The position numbers were made by a program, and so were the translations under genes. A model generated the notes under the pieces. That model ran no database searches. It was not told the origin of the DNA and was given only the letters and a program-made list of their open reading frames with translations. 64,000 nucleotides of DNA from an uncultured Bacteroidota bacterium (GTDB lineage: Bacteria > Bacteroidota > Bacteroidia > Bacteroidales > CG2-30-32-10): contig CAISZK010000072.1 in the NCBI GenBank assembly GCA_903889915.1, forward strand, positions 1,585 through 65,584, in the 5' to 3' direction. Shown piece by piece: positions 28,940-39,448 of the stretch; positions within the stretch are counted from its first letter, which is position 1; the number at the start of each line of letters is the position of its first letter.

Positions 28940-31288
28940 ATGAGAAATCAATTTAAACTCATTTTAGCCTTCCTGTTCATTACACAGACATTCGTCCTGC
29001 ACTCACAGGGCGTGGCTATTGGTGATTGGCGCGACCATTTGCCATGGAATAATTGTATATCGGTGACAGAAGGCAATGGCATGGTTTACTGTGCCACAAC
29101 TTATGCCGTGTTTTCATTCGACAAAAGCGATAACAGCATTCAACGGCTCACAAAAGTCAATATGTTGTCCGATATTGGTGTCAGCAGAGTAGCCTTCCAC
29201 AAAGGCTTAAACATGTTGGTGGTTACTTATTCAAACGGAAACATTGACCTGATAGAAGGCACTACTGTTACCAACATTTCAGATATAAAACGTGACCCCG
29301 CACCGGGATTGAAATCCATCAACAACATTTTATTTATTGGTGATTATGCTTACCTGTCCTGTGGTTTTGGCATTGTGGTTTTGGATCTTGTCAGAAAAGA
29401 AATTTCTGATACTTATTACATCGGAGCATTGGGCGCTCATATCAATGTACTCGACATGACCTGCGATGGAACAAACTTATATGCAGCAACAGAGGCGGGA
29501 ATTTTTGAAGCCGATATTAACGACCCAAATCTGGCAGACTACAATGCATGGTTTCAACATACGGAAATGCCACATCCTGCCGCTAAGTACAATGCGATTG
29601 TTTATTTTAATAATGCACTTTACGTTAACCTTAGTGTGGATGCGTTTAATTCAGATACCATGTATAAGTTTTCAAACGGAGCATGGAACTATTTTAATTT
29701 ACCGACCATGTCTGTCAATGCAAGAAAATATAACCTGAGAACTTACAATAATAATCTGGTCGTAGTTAATGAAGGTGATGTTTCATTATTGGATTCCAAC
29801 GATTCCCTTTACCAGGTTGTTTACACTTATAATCCCGGCACTCCATCTCCACGTGATGCTGTAATGGATACTGACAATATTTTGTGGATAGCAGATATGC
29901 ATCTTGGTCTTGTTAAAAACTATAATTATGGATGGAGTTCGCAGTTTGCCCAGCCCAGCGGGCCTTCTTCAGCAAACGTAATTGACATGTCTGTTGAAGG
30001 AAGTAATCTATGGGTAGCGCCCGGAGGATATAATGACCAATGGAATAATTTATACAACCTTGATGGGGTGTTTTCATTCATCAATGAAGAATGGACCACG
30101 TACAACGGCGTGACCAATCCAATTATTGATACCATTTATGATGTGGTTCGCGTTGCCGTTAATCCAGCAAATCCGAATCAGGCTTTCGCAGGTACATGGA
30201 GCGGAGGATTGCTGGAGTTCGACAACCAGGTGTTGACCAAAATTTACAATGAGTCAAACAGTACATTGAAAGGAACAATAGCGGATATAACTTCCAGCCT
30301 TTACAGATTAAGGATTGGTGGTATCGCATTCGATACGCTGGGAAATATGTGGGTAACAAATTCTGATGTGAATACTGCAATAAATGTCAGGACTTCTTCA
30401 GGTACCTGGAAAGCCTTTGACATGAGCGGTTTTTTGGATAAAAATACTATTGGCAGTATTGTCATTGACAAGAATAATTATAAGTGGGTGATACTTCCAA
30501 GAACCAATGGCCTGCTTGTTTTTAATGATAACGGGACAATATCCAATACCTCCGATGACCAGGTAAAGAAACTTTCAAATGCGGCCGGTTATGGCGGACT
30601 GCCAAGTGCAAATGTTTACAGCATTGCCGTTGATCTTACAGGAGAGATCTGGGTTGGGACTGATGCGGGTGTCGGAGTTTTTTATTCACCGGAAAATGTT
30701 TTTACCGGAAGTAATTTTGATGCACAACAAATTCTTGTTAATGAAGGAGGGTTTATTCAGCCTTTGTTACAGTCTGAAATAGTAACAGCAATTGCTGTTG
30801 ACGGAGCAAACAGGAAATGGATTGGCACTCAAAAAGCAGGTGTTTTCCTGATGTCGGCTGATGGAACAACACAACTGGCACATTTCACAGTTGACAACAG
30901 TCCTTTATTCTCGAACACCATCAACTGCATCGCTATTGATGGCATAACCGGAGAAGTTTTCTTTGGCACAGATAAGGGAATCATTTCTTTCAAAGGCACA
31001 GCAACAAAAGGAAAAGAGACCTATACAAACGTATTGGTTTATCCAAATCCTGTCAGTGAAGCATACACAGGAACTATTGGAATCAGAGGCCTCGTGGCTG
31101 ATGCGGATGTTAAGATCACCGACATTACCGGAACACTTATTTATAAGACTAAAGCTTATGGTGGGCAGGCTGTATGGAACGGGAAAAACTTCAATGGCGA
31201 CAGGGCTAAGACTGGTGTTTATCTTGTGTTTTGTTCCAATGCTGATGGCTCAGCAAAGCTGGTTACAAAAATCATGTTCATCAATTAA
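28940..31288 (+). CDS. beta-propeller protein with T9SS C-terminal domain (PorZ-like)
   Basis: 782 aa with a signal peptide and repeated propeller-blade-like segments (Reg_prop style). C-terminus VYPNPVSEAYTGTIGIRGL...VYLVFCSNADGSAKLVTKIMFIN. Size and architecture match the PorZ family. Confidence 0.6.
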   Translation: MRNQFKLILAFLFITQTFVLHSQGVAIGDWRDHLPWNNCISVTEGNGMVYCATTYAVFSFDKSDNSIQRLTKVNMLSDIGVSRVAFHKGLNMLVVTYSNGNIDLIEGTTVTNISDIKRDPAPGLKSINNILFIGDYAYLSCGFGIVVLDLVRKEISDTYYIGALGAHINVLDMTCDGTNLYAATEAGIFEADINDPNLADYNAWFQHTEMPHPAAKYNAIVYFNNALYVNLSVDAFNSDTMYKFSNGAWNYFNLPTMSVNARKYNLRTYNNNLVVVNEGDVSLLDSNDSLYQVVYTYNPGTPSPRDAVMDTDNILWIADMHLGLVKNYNYGWSSQFAQPSGPSSANVIDMSVEGSNLWVAPGGYNDQWNNLYNLDGVFSFINEEWTTYNGVTNPIIDTIYDVVRVAVNPANPNQAFAGTWSGGLLEFDNQVLTKIYNESNSTLKGTIADITSSLYRLRIGGIAFDTLGNMWVTNSDVNTAINVRTSSGTWKAFDMSGFLDKNTIGSIVIDKNNYKWVILPRTNGLLVFNDNGTISNTSDDQVKKLSNAAGYGGLPSANVYSIAVDLTGEIWVGTDAGVGVFYSPENVFTGSNFDAQQILVNEGGFIQPLLQSEIVTAIAVDGANRKWIGTQKAGVFLMSADGTTQLAHFTVDNSPLFSNTINCIAIDGITGEVFFGTDKGIISFKGTATKGKETYTNVLVYPNPVSEAYTGTIGIRGLVADADVKITDITGTLIYKTKAYGGQAVWNGKNFNGDRAKTGVYLVFCSNADGSAKLVTKIMFIN

Positions 31289-31300
31289 CCTGCTTTGTCA

Positions 31301-32026
31301 ATGCTTGAGAAGACTAAGGGAATTGTATTGCATTCTTTAAAGTATTCCGAAAACAGCATTATTGTCAAGATCTATACTGAGTCATTTGGATTGGTTTCCT
31401 ATATTGTAAGATCAGTAAGAAGCAAGAAATCCTCCATGAAAGCGGGCATCTTCCAACCTCTGACAATTCTGGAAATGGTGGCATATCATAAAAAAAAACC
31501 TGTTCTTCAGACTTTGAAAGAGATCACACACGTTCATCAGTTCACAGGGATCCCTTACGACATTAAAAAAAGCTCAGTTGCTATTTTTATTGCAGAAGTT
31601 CTTAATAAAACTATCAGGGAAGAAGAGCAGAATGCAGAATTATTTGATTTTATTTGCCGGTCTGTTGAACTGCTCGATGCAACACAAGGAAGGATCTCAG
31701 AATTCCATCTCTATTTCTTAATTGAGTTATCTAAATTTTTAGGATTTTATCCTCACAACAATTTTGATAATGATAAAGTTTACTTCAACCTTTATGATGG
31801 CCATTTCCAGGAGTTTTTACCGGAACATCCTTACTATATTCAGGAAGAACTGAGCAGCCATTTCTCAAAGTTATTAAACTCTTCTTATGATGCATCAGGC
31901 ATTGAGGGGATCACTGCTTCAATACGCAAAGAGCTCATGAATAAAATTCTTGATTATTACCGGATACACCTGAATGGCTTTAACACGTTGCGTTCACTCA
32001 ACGTTCTTGAAGAAGTTTTTATTTAA
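31301..32026 (+). CDS. recO: DNA repair protein RecO
   Basis: N-terminus MLEKTKGIVLHSLKYSENSIIVKIYT is typical of the RecO OB-fold. ATG at 31301; the track start at 31295 is TTG. Confidence 0.8.
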   Translation: MLEKTKGIVLHSLKYSENSIIVKIYTESFGLVSYIVRSVRSKKSSMKAGIFQPLTILEMVAYHKKKPVLQTLKEITHVHQFTGIPYDIKKSSVAIFIAEVLNKTIREEEQNAELFDFICRSVELLDATQGRISEFHLYFLIELSKFLGFYPHNNFDNDKVYFNLYDGHFQEFLPEHPYYIQEELSSHFSKLLNSSYDASGIEGITASIRKELMNKILDYYRIHLNGFNTLRSLNVLEEVFI

Positions 32027-34229
32027 TCCTCAACTTTTGAAACTAAGAATTGAAAATATAAAAAGCTTTAAGTACCTGCCGCAAATCCTGCTGATCCCTG
32101 TTGCCATACTTGGTTATTGGCAGGTAAGTATGATGTTGCACCCTTTGAATTTTGACATCATAGATTGTACTTACCCCTGGAAATATTTTGTTGGTGAATG
32201 TCTTCAACATCATATTTTGCCTCTTTGGAATCCTTATCAAACGCTGGGTTATCCCATTCATGCAGACCCGCAGGTTGGAGTGTGGTATCCGTTGACATGG
32301 ATCATTGGGTCATTACATGGATATGATATTTACACTATTCATTTCGAGTTTGTACTTCACATTTATTTTGCTTCGTTGGGGATGTTCATACTTGGAAGAA
32401 CACTGAAGTTCTCAAAAAGCGTAGCTTTCTTTATGGCTGTCGCTTATATGTTCTCAGGCATTTTCATTGGAAATTCTCAACATTATATGATCATCACAAG
32501 CGCTGCCTGGTTGCCATTTGTGATCAATTATTACATTCGTTTTTCAGAAGAATTCAGTTATAAAAAGGATTTGATTGCAGCCTTCTTTATGTTTCTTATG
32601 ATCTCGGGTGGTTACCCGTCGTATATTATCATCCTTGCTTATTTCCTGTTTTTTTTCTTCGTATTTTTTATTTACAAAAAAATCAGGGAAAAGAATCGTA
32701 CTGCAATTTTCAGGCTTGTAAAATTGAATCTTCTATTTGCGTTGGTAGCATTGCTTTTTTCAACCGTAGTAATTGTTTCAGGGCTTTCAGTTAATGGATA
32801 TATTACCAGAGGAGGCAGGTTGCCACTTGCAACTGTGTTGATGAATCCCTTTTCTCCGCAGAGCCTGCTGAGTATTATTGTGCCTTATGCTTCTGTGAAA
32901 AACACACCTTTTTTCGACACTGATGTTTCAATGAGCAATATCTATATCGGATTATTACCATTGCTTTTTTTCGTATTCGCATTGTTTAAAAAGATGCCGA
33001 AAATGTTTTATTTCTTCATTATCTTCGGTGTTTTTGCACTCTTTGCCTCAATGGGAAAATATACTCCTGTCAGAACATTTTTGTATGATTACATTCCATT
33101 CATGGGGATATTCAGGTTCCCAGGTCTCTTCAGATTATTTACGATCATTGGATTGATAATACCGGCGGGCTATGCTCTTCAGCAGTTTCAAACAAGAACA
33201 ACAATCAATACAAAACCGCTAAAGATTATCATAATCTCGTTCATGATACTTTTAACCGGAACGATCATCTGTCTGCGTTTTAATGGTTATCTGAGCATGA
33301 TTGATTTTATTAAAAATGCTTTATTTGCCAACTCCGCAAGTTCAACAATTATTCAGCACCTGGCCTTTCAATGCGGCATTCAGATCATCTTTCTTGGAAT
33401 AATTCTTCTGATACTTATAAAAGTCAAAGAAAGAAAAAATGCAGTGAATTTCTTCCTCCTGATTTTATTTGCTGACATGATCTTCTCAGCACAATTGAAT
33501 GAACCTTATACCACCTTCTCCAAAAATTATGACGTAGCAAGCATTAAAAAACACAGCGAATCTTTTCCTGATGGGTTTCCCATTCCATCAACCAACAATG
33601 TCATCGGAAACACTGACATTGGATTGGGGTTCGGTCCTATATGGAGAAATTTAAACTGTTTCAATAAACAAATTGCATGGGATGGATTTACTTCATTTGA
33701 ATTGAACAGCTATGAAAACATGTCTGATTCTATGCCCGGCATTTTCAAAAGCGCTTTAGCCAATCCGCCGGTATTCCTTACGGACAAGATATTCCCATTG
33801 GATTCCATGAAAAAACATTCAGATATGAACAGGTTTGATAATAAAAATATTTACCTGACGGCAAAGGATCTTTCAATGATAAAGAAAAATGAGATAACCA
33901 ATAGTAAGGAAAATACTGCTGTCATTACTTCGTTCAGCCCTGTTGACATAAAAGTTCAGGTATCTTCAAGGCTTGCACAGATGCTGGTTTTACAACAAAA
34001 CTATTATCCCGGATGGAAGGTTACAATCAACGATCATCAGGAAACAATTGTTCAAAACAACAAGGAGAGAATGAGTGTCCTTGTTCCGAAAGGAAAAAAT
34101 ATTGTTGAATTCACATACAGTAATAACAAAGTTGTCTATGCTGCGTTGATAAGTTTGTTGTCGTTGATAGCTTTCATTGTTCTTCTTTTCATGAGAAAAA
34201 CATCAGGGGGAAGCAAAGAAGTGGTATAA
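31974..34229 (+). CDS. YfhO-like polytopic membrane protein (putative extracytoplasmic glycosyltransferase)
   Basis: About 750 aa with many TM segments and a C-terminal soluble part plus a terminal TM, as in the YfhO family. The start is uncertain: the ATG at 31974 overlaps recO by 53 bp and the next ATG is at 32130. Confidence 0.55.
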   Translation: MALTRCVHSTFLKKFLFNPQLLKLRIENIKSFKYLPQILLIPVAILGYWQVSMMLHPLNFDIIDCTYPWKYFVGECLQHHILPLWNPYQTLGYPIHADPQVGVWYPLTWIIGSLHGYDIYTIHFEFVLHIYFASLGMFILGRTLKFSKSVAFFMAVAYMFSGIFIGNSQHYMIITSAAWLPFVINYYIRFSEEFSYKKDLIAAFFMFLMISGGYPSYIIILAYFLFFFFVFFIYKKIREKNRTAIFRLVKLNLLFALVALLFSTVVIVSGLSVNGYITRGGRLPLATVLMNPFSPQSLLSIIVPYASVKNTPFFDTDVSMSNIYIGLLPLLFFVFALFKKMPKMFYFFIIFGVFALFASMGKYTPVRTFLYDYIPFMGIFRFPGLFRLFTIIGLIIPAGYALQQFQTRTTINTKPLKIIIISFMILLTGTIICLRFNGYLSMIDFIKNALFANSASSTIIQHLAFQCGIQIIFLGIILLILIKVKERKNAVNFFLLILFADMIFSAQLNEPYTTFSKNYDVASIKKHSESFPDGFPIPSTNNVIGNTDIGLGFGPIWRNLNCFNKQIAWDGFTSFELNSYENMSDSMPGIFKSALANPPVFLTDKIFPLDSMKKHSDMNRFDNKNIYLTAKDLSMIKKNEITNSKENTAVITSFSPVDIKVQVSSRLAQMLVLQQNYYPGWKVTINDHQETIVQNNKERMSVLVPKGKNIVEFTYSNNKVVYAALISLLSLIAFIVLLFMRKTSGGSKEVV

Positions 34230-34261
34230 GGTATCAGGGAAATTTATGCTCTTAAATCCCT

Positions 34262-35590
34262 TTATTTAATATCCCTTTCCTGGGGAATAATGTAAAATGC
34301 TTTGTTCAACACCCTGTTATAATTCACCCATGTCCAGTCGGGTCTCACCCAGCATTGTTCCACATAATAGAATTCGGACATCCTTAAATTCAAAAAGGAA
34401 AAAATAGTGAGGAAAAAAGCGAGGATAATCAATGCCACTTTCCTTTTTGCACCAAGCGCTTTTTGAATGATGAAAGCTACGGGAATAATAAATACAGGAT
34501 AATATTCTATCAGCGCTCTTTGCCCAAACGAACACGAAAAGGTATAGCACCACCAGCTTGCATTGGCATAGAGAATGAGAATAAACAATGTGAGGATTGC
34601 AAATGAATGATGAATTCGCTTAATCAATGTCCACACCAGCCCGGCAAAGAAAAGGAAAAACACAGGAGAGTAAACAAGCCAGCCGCTTTCGACACCAAAA
34701 AGAGTATAGCCAATTTTAGGACTGTTCCAGTAAATAAAACTTTCAGAACCGCCCTGGGAATAGTCATAAGAATAAGCTACGTATTGCCCAAGCACTGCAT
34801 GCCAGTATAACATTTGAGGAATGAAAACAATGAAAGTTATCAAAGCAATCAGCAGAAAATACCAGGTCTTTTTAAATATCCAGACTACTCTTTCCTTTAA
34901 ACTTTTGAAAGTATAAACATCATAGAGCAGGAACAGGAAAACATAAAAAACATTGGTAGGCCTGATCAGTACGGCAAGTCCTATTCCAAGGCCGCAAATG
35001 ATCGTATTCCCGACAGTAGGTTTTTTCAGGAACTTGTCGAGTCCATACACGAATAAAACAAGAACAAAAAACCCGTAAGCATGTGCATAACCGGGATTGA
35101 ATAGTGTATAATAAAACAGGTTTGTTCCATAGAAAAGCACCAAAACCGTAATAAACGAAGCCCATCTGCTGAACCATTTTCTGAGTATGTTGAACAACAT
35201 GACCAGTCCTGCATAGACATAAAATACGGCAGCAATCCATATAGACATGCCATACACACTTGTGACACCATCATCAATAAACCCAAATATCTGATTGTAT
35301 AAATGTGCTACAAGGAAAAAAGGCATTTCAAGCAAGGCTACTCCACAGGGATATTTGTCAAATGTCATCCCGCCTGCAACAGGAACCGCATAACAAATGT
35401 GTGTGATGTCATGGAAAATAAAATAGAATGGAAGGTATTCATAATATCCCTCGGCATCGCTCCAGATGATATAGCCTGATTGCAGGTGAAAGAGTAGTGT
35501 CAGTATATAATTTGCTGTAAAAAACAGTATCCCCAACATAACAACATTGAAGGCAACATGTTTTTTACCGGCTCGGAAAAAGTTCACCAT
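34262..35590 (-). CDS. polytopic membrane protein, GT-C/ArnT-PMT-like glycosyltransferase candidate
   Basis: 442 aa with about 11 hydrophobic segments, set among glycosylation genes. No motif confirmed. Confidence 0.45.
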   Translation of the reverse strand: MVNFFRAGKKHVAFNVVMLGILFFTANYILTLLFHLQSGYIIWSDAEGYYEYLPFYFIFHDITHICYAVPVAGGMTFDKYPCGVALLEMPFFLVAHLYNQIFGFIDDGVTSVYGMSIWIAAVFYVYAGLVMLFNILRKWFSRWASFITVLVLFYGTNLFYYTLFNPGYAHAYGFFVLVLFVYGLDKFLKKPTVGNTIICGLGIGLAVLIRPTNVFYVFLFLLYDVYTFKSLKERVVWIFKKTWYFLLIALITFIVFIPQMLYWHAVLGQYVAYSYDYSQGGSESFIYWNSPKIGYTLFGVESGWLVYSPVFFLFFAGLVWTLIKRIHHSFAILTLFILILYANASWWCYTFSCSFGQRALIEYYPVFIIPVAFIIQKALGAKRKVALIILAFFLTIFSFLNLRMSEFYYVEQCWVRPDWTWVNYNRVLNKAFYIIPQERDIK

Positions 35591-35744
35591 AAAATAATTT
35601 ATTGTCTCAATTCAGAGAAAGATTTAATTTTGCGCGCTGAAACGGATAACTGTTTTTTATTAAAATTATTACTGCCGTATTTATTACAGCAATGTGAAAA
35701 CAAATTTATGCAATTTTTTCGTTTCGGAAACTGAATAAAGAAAA

Positions 35745-36485
35745 ATGAATAATTTCAAATACAAAGAAAAAGATATCGAGGGTCACAAAACCCTTGATGT
35801 TTTTTCAGAGGCTGACAAGTATAATCAATGGATATTTGATATTATTCGCCCTTATTGCAAAGGCAATATCATTGAGATCGGCAGCGGCATCGGCAACATT
35901 TCACAATTATTACTCAAAGAAAATTTATCAGTTGTTCTGAGTGACCTGCGCGAAAATTATTGCCAGACACTTCGTGATGAATTCGGGCATCTTGAAAATC
36001 CTCCGCGCATCGTTAATCTTGATCTCGCCCATCCTGATTTCAATAATGTTTATACAGGCCTTCTCAATAGTTTCGACTCACTGGTCATTCTGAATGTTCT
36101 TGAACATATCAAAGATGATCATCAGGCAATTCAAAACTGCTATAGTTTATTGAAAGATGGCGGACATCTGATTGTATTCGTGCCTGCGCTGCAAAGCCTT
36201 TATAACCGCTTCGACAAGGGACTTGAGCATTACAGACGTTACAATAAAAAAACTCTTTCGGAAGTAATCAGTCAAAACAAATTCACTGTACTGCATCGTC
36301 AATACATGAACTTCGTTGGCATTTTCGGATGGTTTGTTTCAGGAAAAATTCTTGGAAATAAAATAGTGCCTGACAAACAAGTGAGGCTTTACAATAAACT
36401 TGTGCCGGTATTTAAAGTGGTAGATAAAATAATCCTCAACAGCATTGGGCTGGGCGTGATCTGCGTCGGGAAAAAAACAGTATAA
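35745..36485 (+). CDS. class I SAM-dependent methyltransferase
   Basis: Motif I IIEIGSGIGNISQLL, plus a post-I acidic residue and the LNVLEHI motif. Confidence 0.75.
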   Translation: MNNFKYKEKDIEGHKTLDVFSEADKYNQWIFDIIRPYCKGNIIEIGSGIGNISQLLLKENLSVVLSDLRENYCQTLRDEFGHLENPPRIVNLDLAHPDFNNVYTGLLNSFDSLVILNVLEHIKDDHQAIQNCYSLLKDGGHLIVFVPALQSLYNRFDKGLEHYRRYNKKTLSEVISQNKFTVLHRQYMNFVGIFGWFVSGKILGNKIVPDKQVRLYNKLVPVFKVVDKIILNSIGLGVICVGKKTV

Positions 36486-36486
36486 A

Positions 36487-36546
36487 GTTCAAGGTTCAAA
36501 GTTCCCGGACCTTGGAATTTGGTTCTTGGTTCTTGGATCTTGGGAC
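36487..36546. repeat. heptamer microsatellites (GTTCAAR then TTGGWWY) filling a convergent spacer
   Basis: Contiguous 7-bp units span 36487-36546, between stops at 36485 (+) and 36550 (-). The TTGG units are the reverse complement of the TCCAA family at 21369. Confidence 0.8.
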
Positions 36547-36549
36547 TTT

Positions 36550-37287
36550 TTACTTTAGGAATTTCCTGTCAAAAATACTATACTTGAGAATGCACCATAT
36601 CGCCCTGAATCCATCTTTCCAATTGATCTTTTTCCCTTCATTCGGTGTGCGACCATAATAAGAAATTCCAACTTCATAGATCCTTATTTCCGGAAATCTT
36701 GAAATCTTGGCAGTCACTTCAGGTTCGAAACCAAAACGGTTTTCCTTGAAATAAATCTTTTTCAATTGATCCGCCCTGAAAAGTTTGTAACATGTTTCCA
36801 TATCTGTGAGGTTAAGATTGGTGAACATATTCGACATAAAGGTGAGTAACCTGTTTCCTATGGTATGCCAGAAGAACAGCGCCCTGTGCGGGTTTCCGCC
36901 TATAAATCGCGAACCATATACAACATCTGCAAAGCCCTTGACCACCGGCTGAATTAATACTTTGTATTCCTCGGGATCGTATTCAAGGTCGGCATCCTGT
37001 ATGATGATATAATCACCTGTTGCCTCTGCAATACCTGTGTGCAGCGCTGCTCCTTTGCCTTTGTTGACCTCGTGCGAAAAGAGTTTTATATCATGAGATT
37101 TGTGACTGTCTATATATTTTTCAATACTTCCTTTTGTATTATCCTTTGAACAATCGTTGACAATGATAAGCTCTTTTGCAATACCGCCGGGCAATTCAAC
37201 TTCCAAAACCAAATCAAGGATCTGATGAATTGTTTTTTCCTCATTGTAAACAGGTATGATGACTGATAGTTTTTTGAATTGATCCAT
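36550..37287 (-). CDS. family 2 glycosyltransferase (polyprenyl-phosphate sugar synthase type, GtrB/CsbB/DPM1-like)
   Basis: [12 protein letters not shown]-terminus and a DADLEYDP (DxD) motif. The ~245-aa size is typical of the Dpm1/GtrB-like class. Confidence 0.75.
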   Translation of the reverse strand: MDQFKKLSVIIPVYNEEKTIHQILDLVLEVELPGGIAKELIIVNDCSKDNTKGSIEKYIDSHKSHDIKLFSHEVNKGKGAALHTGIAEATGDYIIIQDADLEYDPEEYKVLIQPVVKGFADVVYGSRFIGGNPHRALFFWHTIGNRLLTFMSNMFTNLNLTDMETCYKLFRADQLKKIYFKENRFGFEPEVTAKISRFPEIRIYEVGISYYGRTPNEGKKINWKDGFRAIWCILKYSIFDRKFLK

Positions 37288-37520
37288 AGATAACTTTATT
37301 TACTGAACCTTATCTTTCAAATTAGTAACGGGCAAAATTAGAAAAAATCCTCAATAAATATCAGGCTTTTATGAAATAAGTAAAAAGTTCAAAATAATTC
37401 TAACAATCCCGAAGCTCTCTATGGGGTAGTTATTTTGGAAATTTCACTTCTTGGTTTGTGACTGAAGTTAACCAGGCATACACAAATAGGCGAAGCATCT
37501 AATCATTCTTATCTTTAAAT

Positions 37521-37688
37521 CATTTAATGACGTCAAGGAATCACTCACTGACGTTCAGGAATCACTCAAAGTAGTCTTGTAATGATTTATTGAAGTCTTT
37601 GAGTCATTTATTGAAGTCTTTGAGTCATTTATTGAAGTCTTTGAGTCATTTCCTGAAGTCAGTGGGGCATTCCCTGACATCAGTGAGG
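37521..37688. repeat. 21-bp-period array B (8 units)
   Basis: Units start at 37521, 37542 and so on to 37668. The core is catttattgaagtctttgagt x3. Unit heads carry TGA(C/A)GTC. Confidence 0.85.
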
Positions 37689-37789
37689 AGCAAAAAGAAC
37701 GCTCATTTTGGATTATTTAATTTAGGATTCATGAAAAAGTAAAAAGGTATAAGAAATTTGAAATGCCCTTTTATACCTTATCCCCAGAT

Positions 37790-37866
37790 GACCATTGACC
37801 ATTGACCATTGACTAATGACCATTGACTATTGACTATTGACTATTGACTAATGACCATTGACAATA
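37790..37866 (+). repeat. heptamer microsatellite GACYAWT x11
   Basis: Eleven contiguous 7-bp units lie 56 bp upstream of the glyQS ATG. Confidence 0.9.
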
Positions 37867-37921
37867 ACACTAATTAACTCTTACAACTTGCAATATCATT
37901 GGACTTTTGTACTTTTGCCGC

Positions 37922-39448
37922 ATGGCAAACAATGAAGATCTTTTCAAAAAAATAATTTCCCATGCCAAGGAGTATGGGTTTGTATTTCCTTCAAGTGAAA
38001 TATACGACGGACTTAGCGCTGTGTATGATTACGGGCAGTATGGTTCAGAACTGAAAAAGAATATCCGCGATTACTGGTGGAAGTCTATGGTGCAATTCAA
38101 TGAAAATATTGTGGGCATTGATGCTGCTATTTTCATGCATCCCACGGTGTGGAAAGCCTCGGGACATGTGGATGCTTTCAACGATCCTTTGATTGACAAT
38201 AAAGATTCGAAGAAACGTTACCGTGCCGACGTGCTGGTTGAAGAATATCTTGCAAAGATCGAAGACAAGATCAATAAAGAAGTTGAAAAAGCTTCGAAAC
38301 GCTTTGGCGACGCTTTCAATAAAGAACAATATCTAACTACGAATCCAAGAGTGGTTGAGTATAAAACCAAAATGGATACTGTCAGCCACAGATTATATTC
38401 TTCGCTTGAAAAAAATGATCTTGTTGCCGTAAAAGAACTCATCGAAGAGCTTGAGATCGTCTGTCCCGTTTCCGGTTCAAGAAACTGGACGGAAGTACGA
38501 CAATTCAACCTGATGTTCGCAACCCAGATGGGTTCAACAGCAGAAGGCGCCGACACTATTTTTCTTCGTCCCGAAACAGCACAGGGAATATTTGTGAATT
38601 TCCTGAACGTAATGAAAACAGGCAGAATGAAAATTCCTTTCGGCATCGCACAAACAGGAAAAGCATTCCGCAATGAGATCGTTGCACGCCAGTTTATTTT
38701 CCGTATGCGCGAATTCGAACAAATGGAAATGCAGTATTTCATCAAGCCGGGAAATGAAATGGAATGGTATCACTACTGGAAAGAGAAACGTTTGAACTGG
38801 CATCTTTCATTGGGGATACCAAGAGAAAAATACCGTTTTCACGATCATGAAAAACTTGCTCATTATGCCAATGCCGCCGCTGACATCGAGTTTGAATTCC
38901 CCTTTGGTTTCAAAGAACTCGAAGGCATACATTCACGCACTGATTTTGATCTGGGCGCTCATCAAAAATTCTCAGGTAAAAAGCTTCAGTATTTTGATCC
39001 CGAAACCAACGAAAGTTATGTTCCTTATGTTGTAGAAACCTCCATTGGACTCGACAGAACTTTTCTTGCTGTGCTTAGCTATGCTTATAATGAAGAAAAG
39101 CTTGAAGACGGCTCAGAAAGGGTTGTGCTTAAAATACCACCCATGCTTGCTCCCATCAAAATAGCTGTGATGCCACTTGTAAAAAAAGATGGTCTTGCAG
39201 AAAAGGCAAGGGAAATTATGGATAGTTTAAAAATTGACTACATGTGTCAGTATGATGAGAAGGATGCTATCGGACGCCGATACCGCCGCCAGGATGCTAT
39301 CGGAACTCCTTATGCAGTTACTGTGGATTACGACACCATGAAAGATAATACAGTCACAATCCGTGAACGTGATTCAATGCTCCAGGTAAGAATACCCATT
39401 GAAAGGATTTCGGAAATAGTTCGTGAAAGACTTAAGCCCGTTGTTTAA
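37922..39448 (+). CDS. glyQS: glycine--tRNA ligase (dimeric class II type)
   Basis: N-terminus MANNEDLFKKIISHAKEYGFVFPSSEIYDGLSAVYDYGQYG plus class II motifs. ATG at 37922; the track start at 37907 is TTG. Confidence 0.9.
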   Translation: MANNEDLFKKIISHAKEYGFVFPSSEIYDGLSAVYDYGQYGSELKKNIRDYWWKSMVQFNENIVGIDAAIFMHPTVWKASGHVDAFNDPLIDNKDSKKRYRADVLVEEYLAKIEDKINKEVEKASKRFGDAFNKEQYLTTNPRVVEYKTKMDTVSHRLYSSLEKNDLVAVKELIEELEIVCPVSGSRNWTEVRQFNLMFATQMGSTAEGADTIFLRPETAQGIFVNFLNVMKTGRMKIPFGIAQTGKAFRNEIVARQFIFRMREFEQMEMQYFIKPGNEMEWYHYWKEKRLNWHLSLGIPREKYRFHDHEKLAHYANAAADIEFEFPFGFKELEGIHSRTDFDLGAHQKFSGKKLQYFDPETNESYVPYVVETSIGLDRTFLAVLSYAYNEEKLEDGSERVVLKIPPMLAPIKIAVMPLVKKDGLAEKAREIMDSLKIDYMCQYDEKDAIGRRYRRQDAIGTPYAVTVDYDTMKDNTVTIRERDSMLQVRIPIERISEIVRERLKPVV

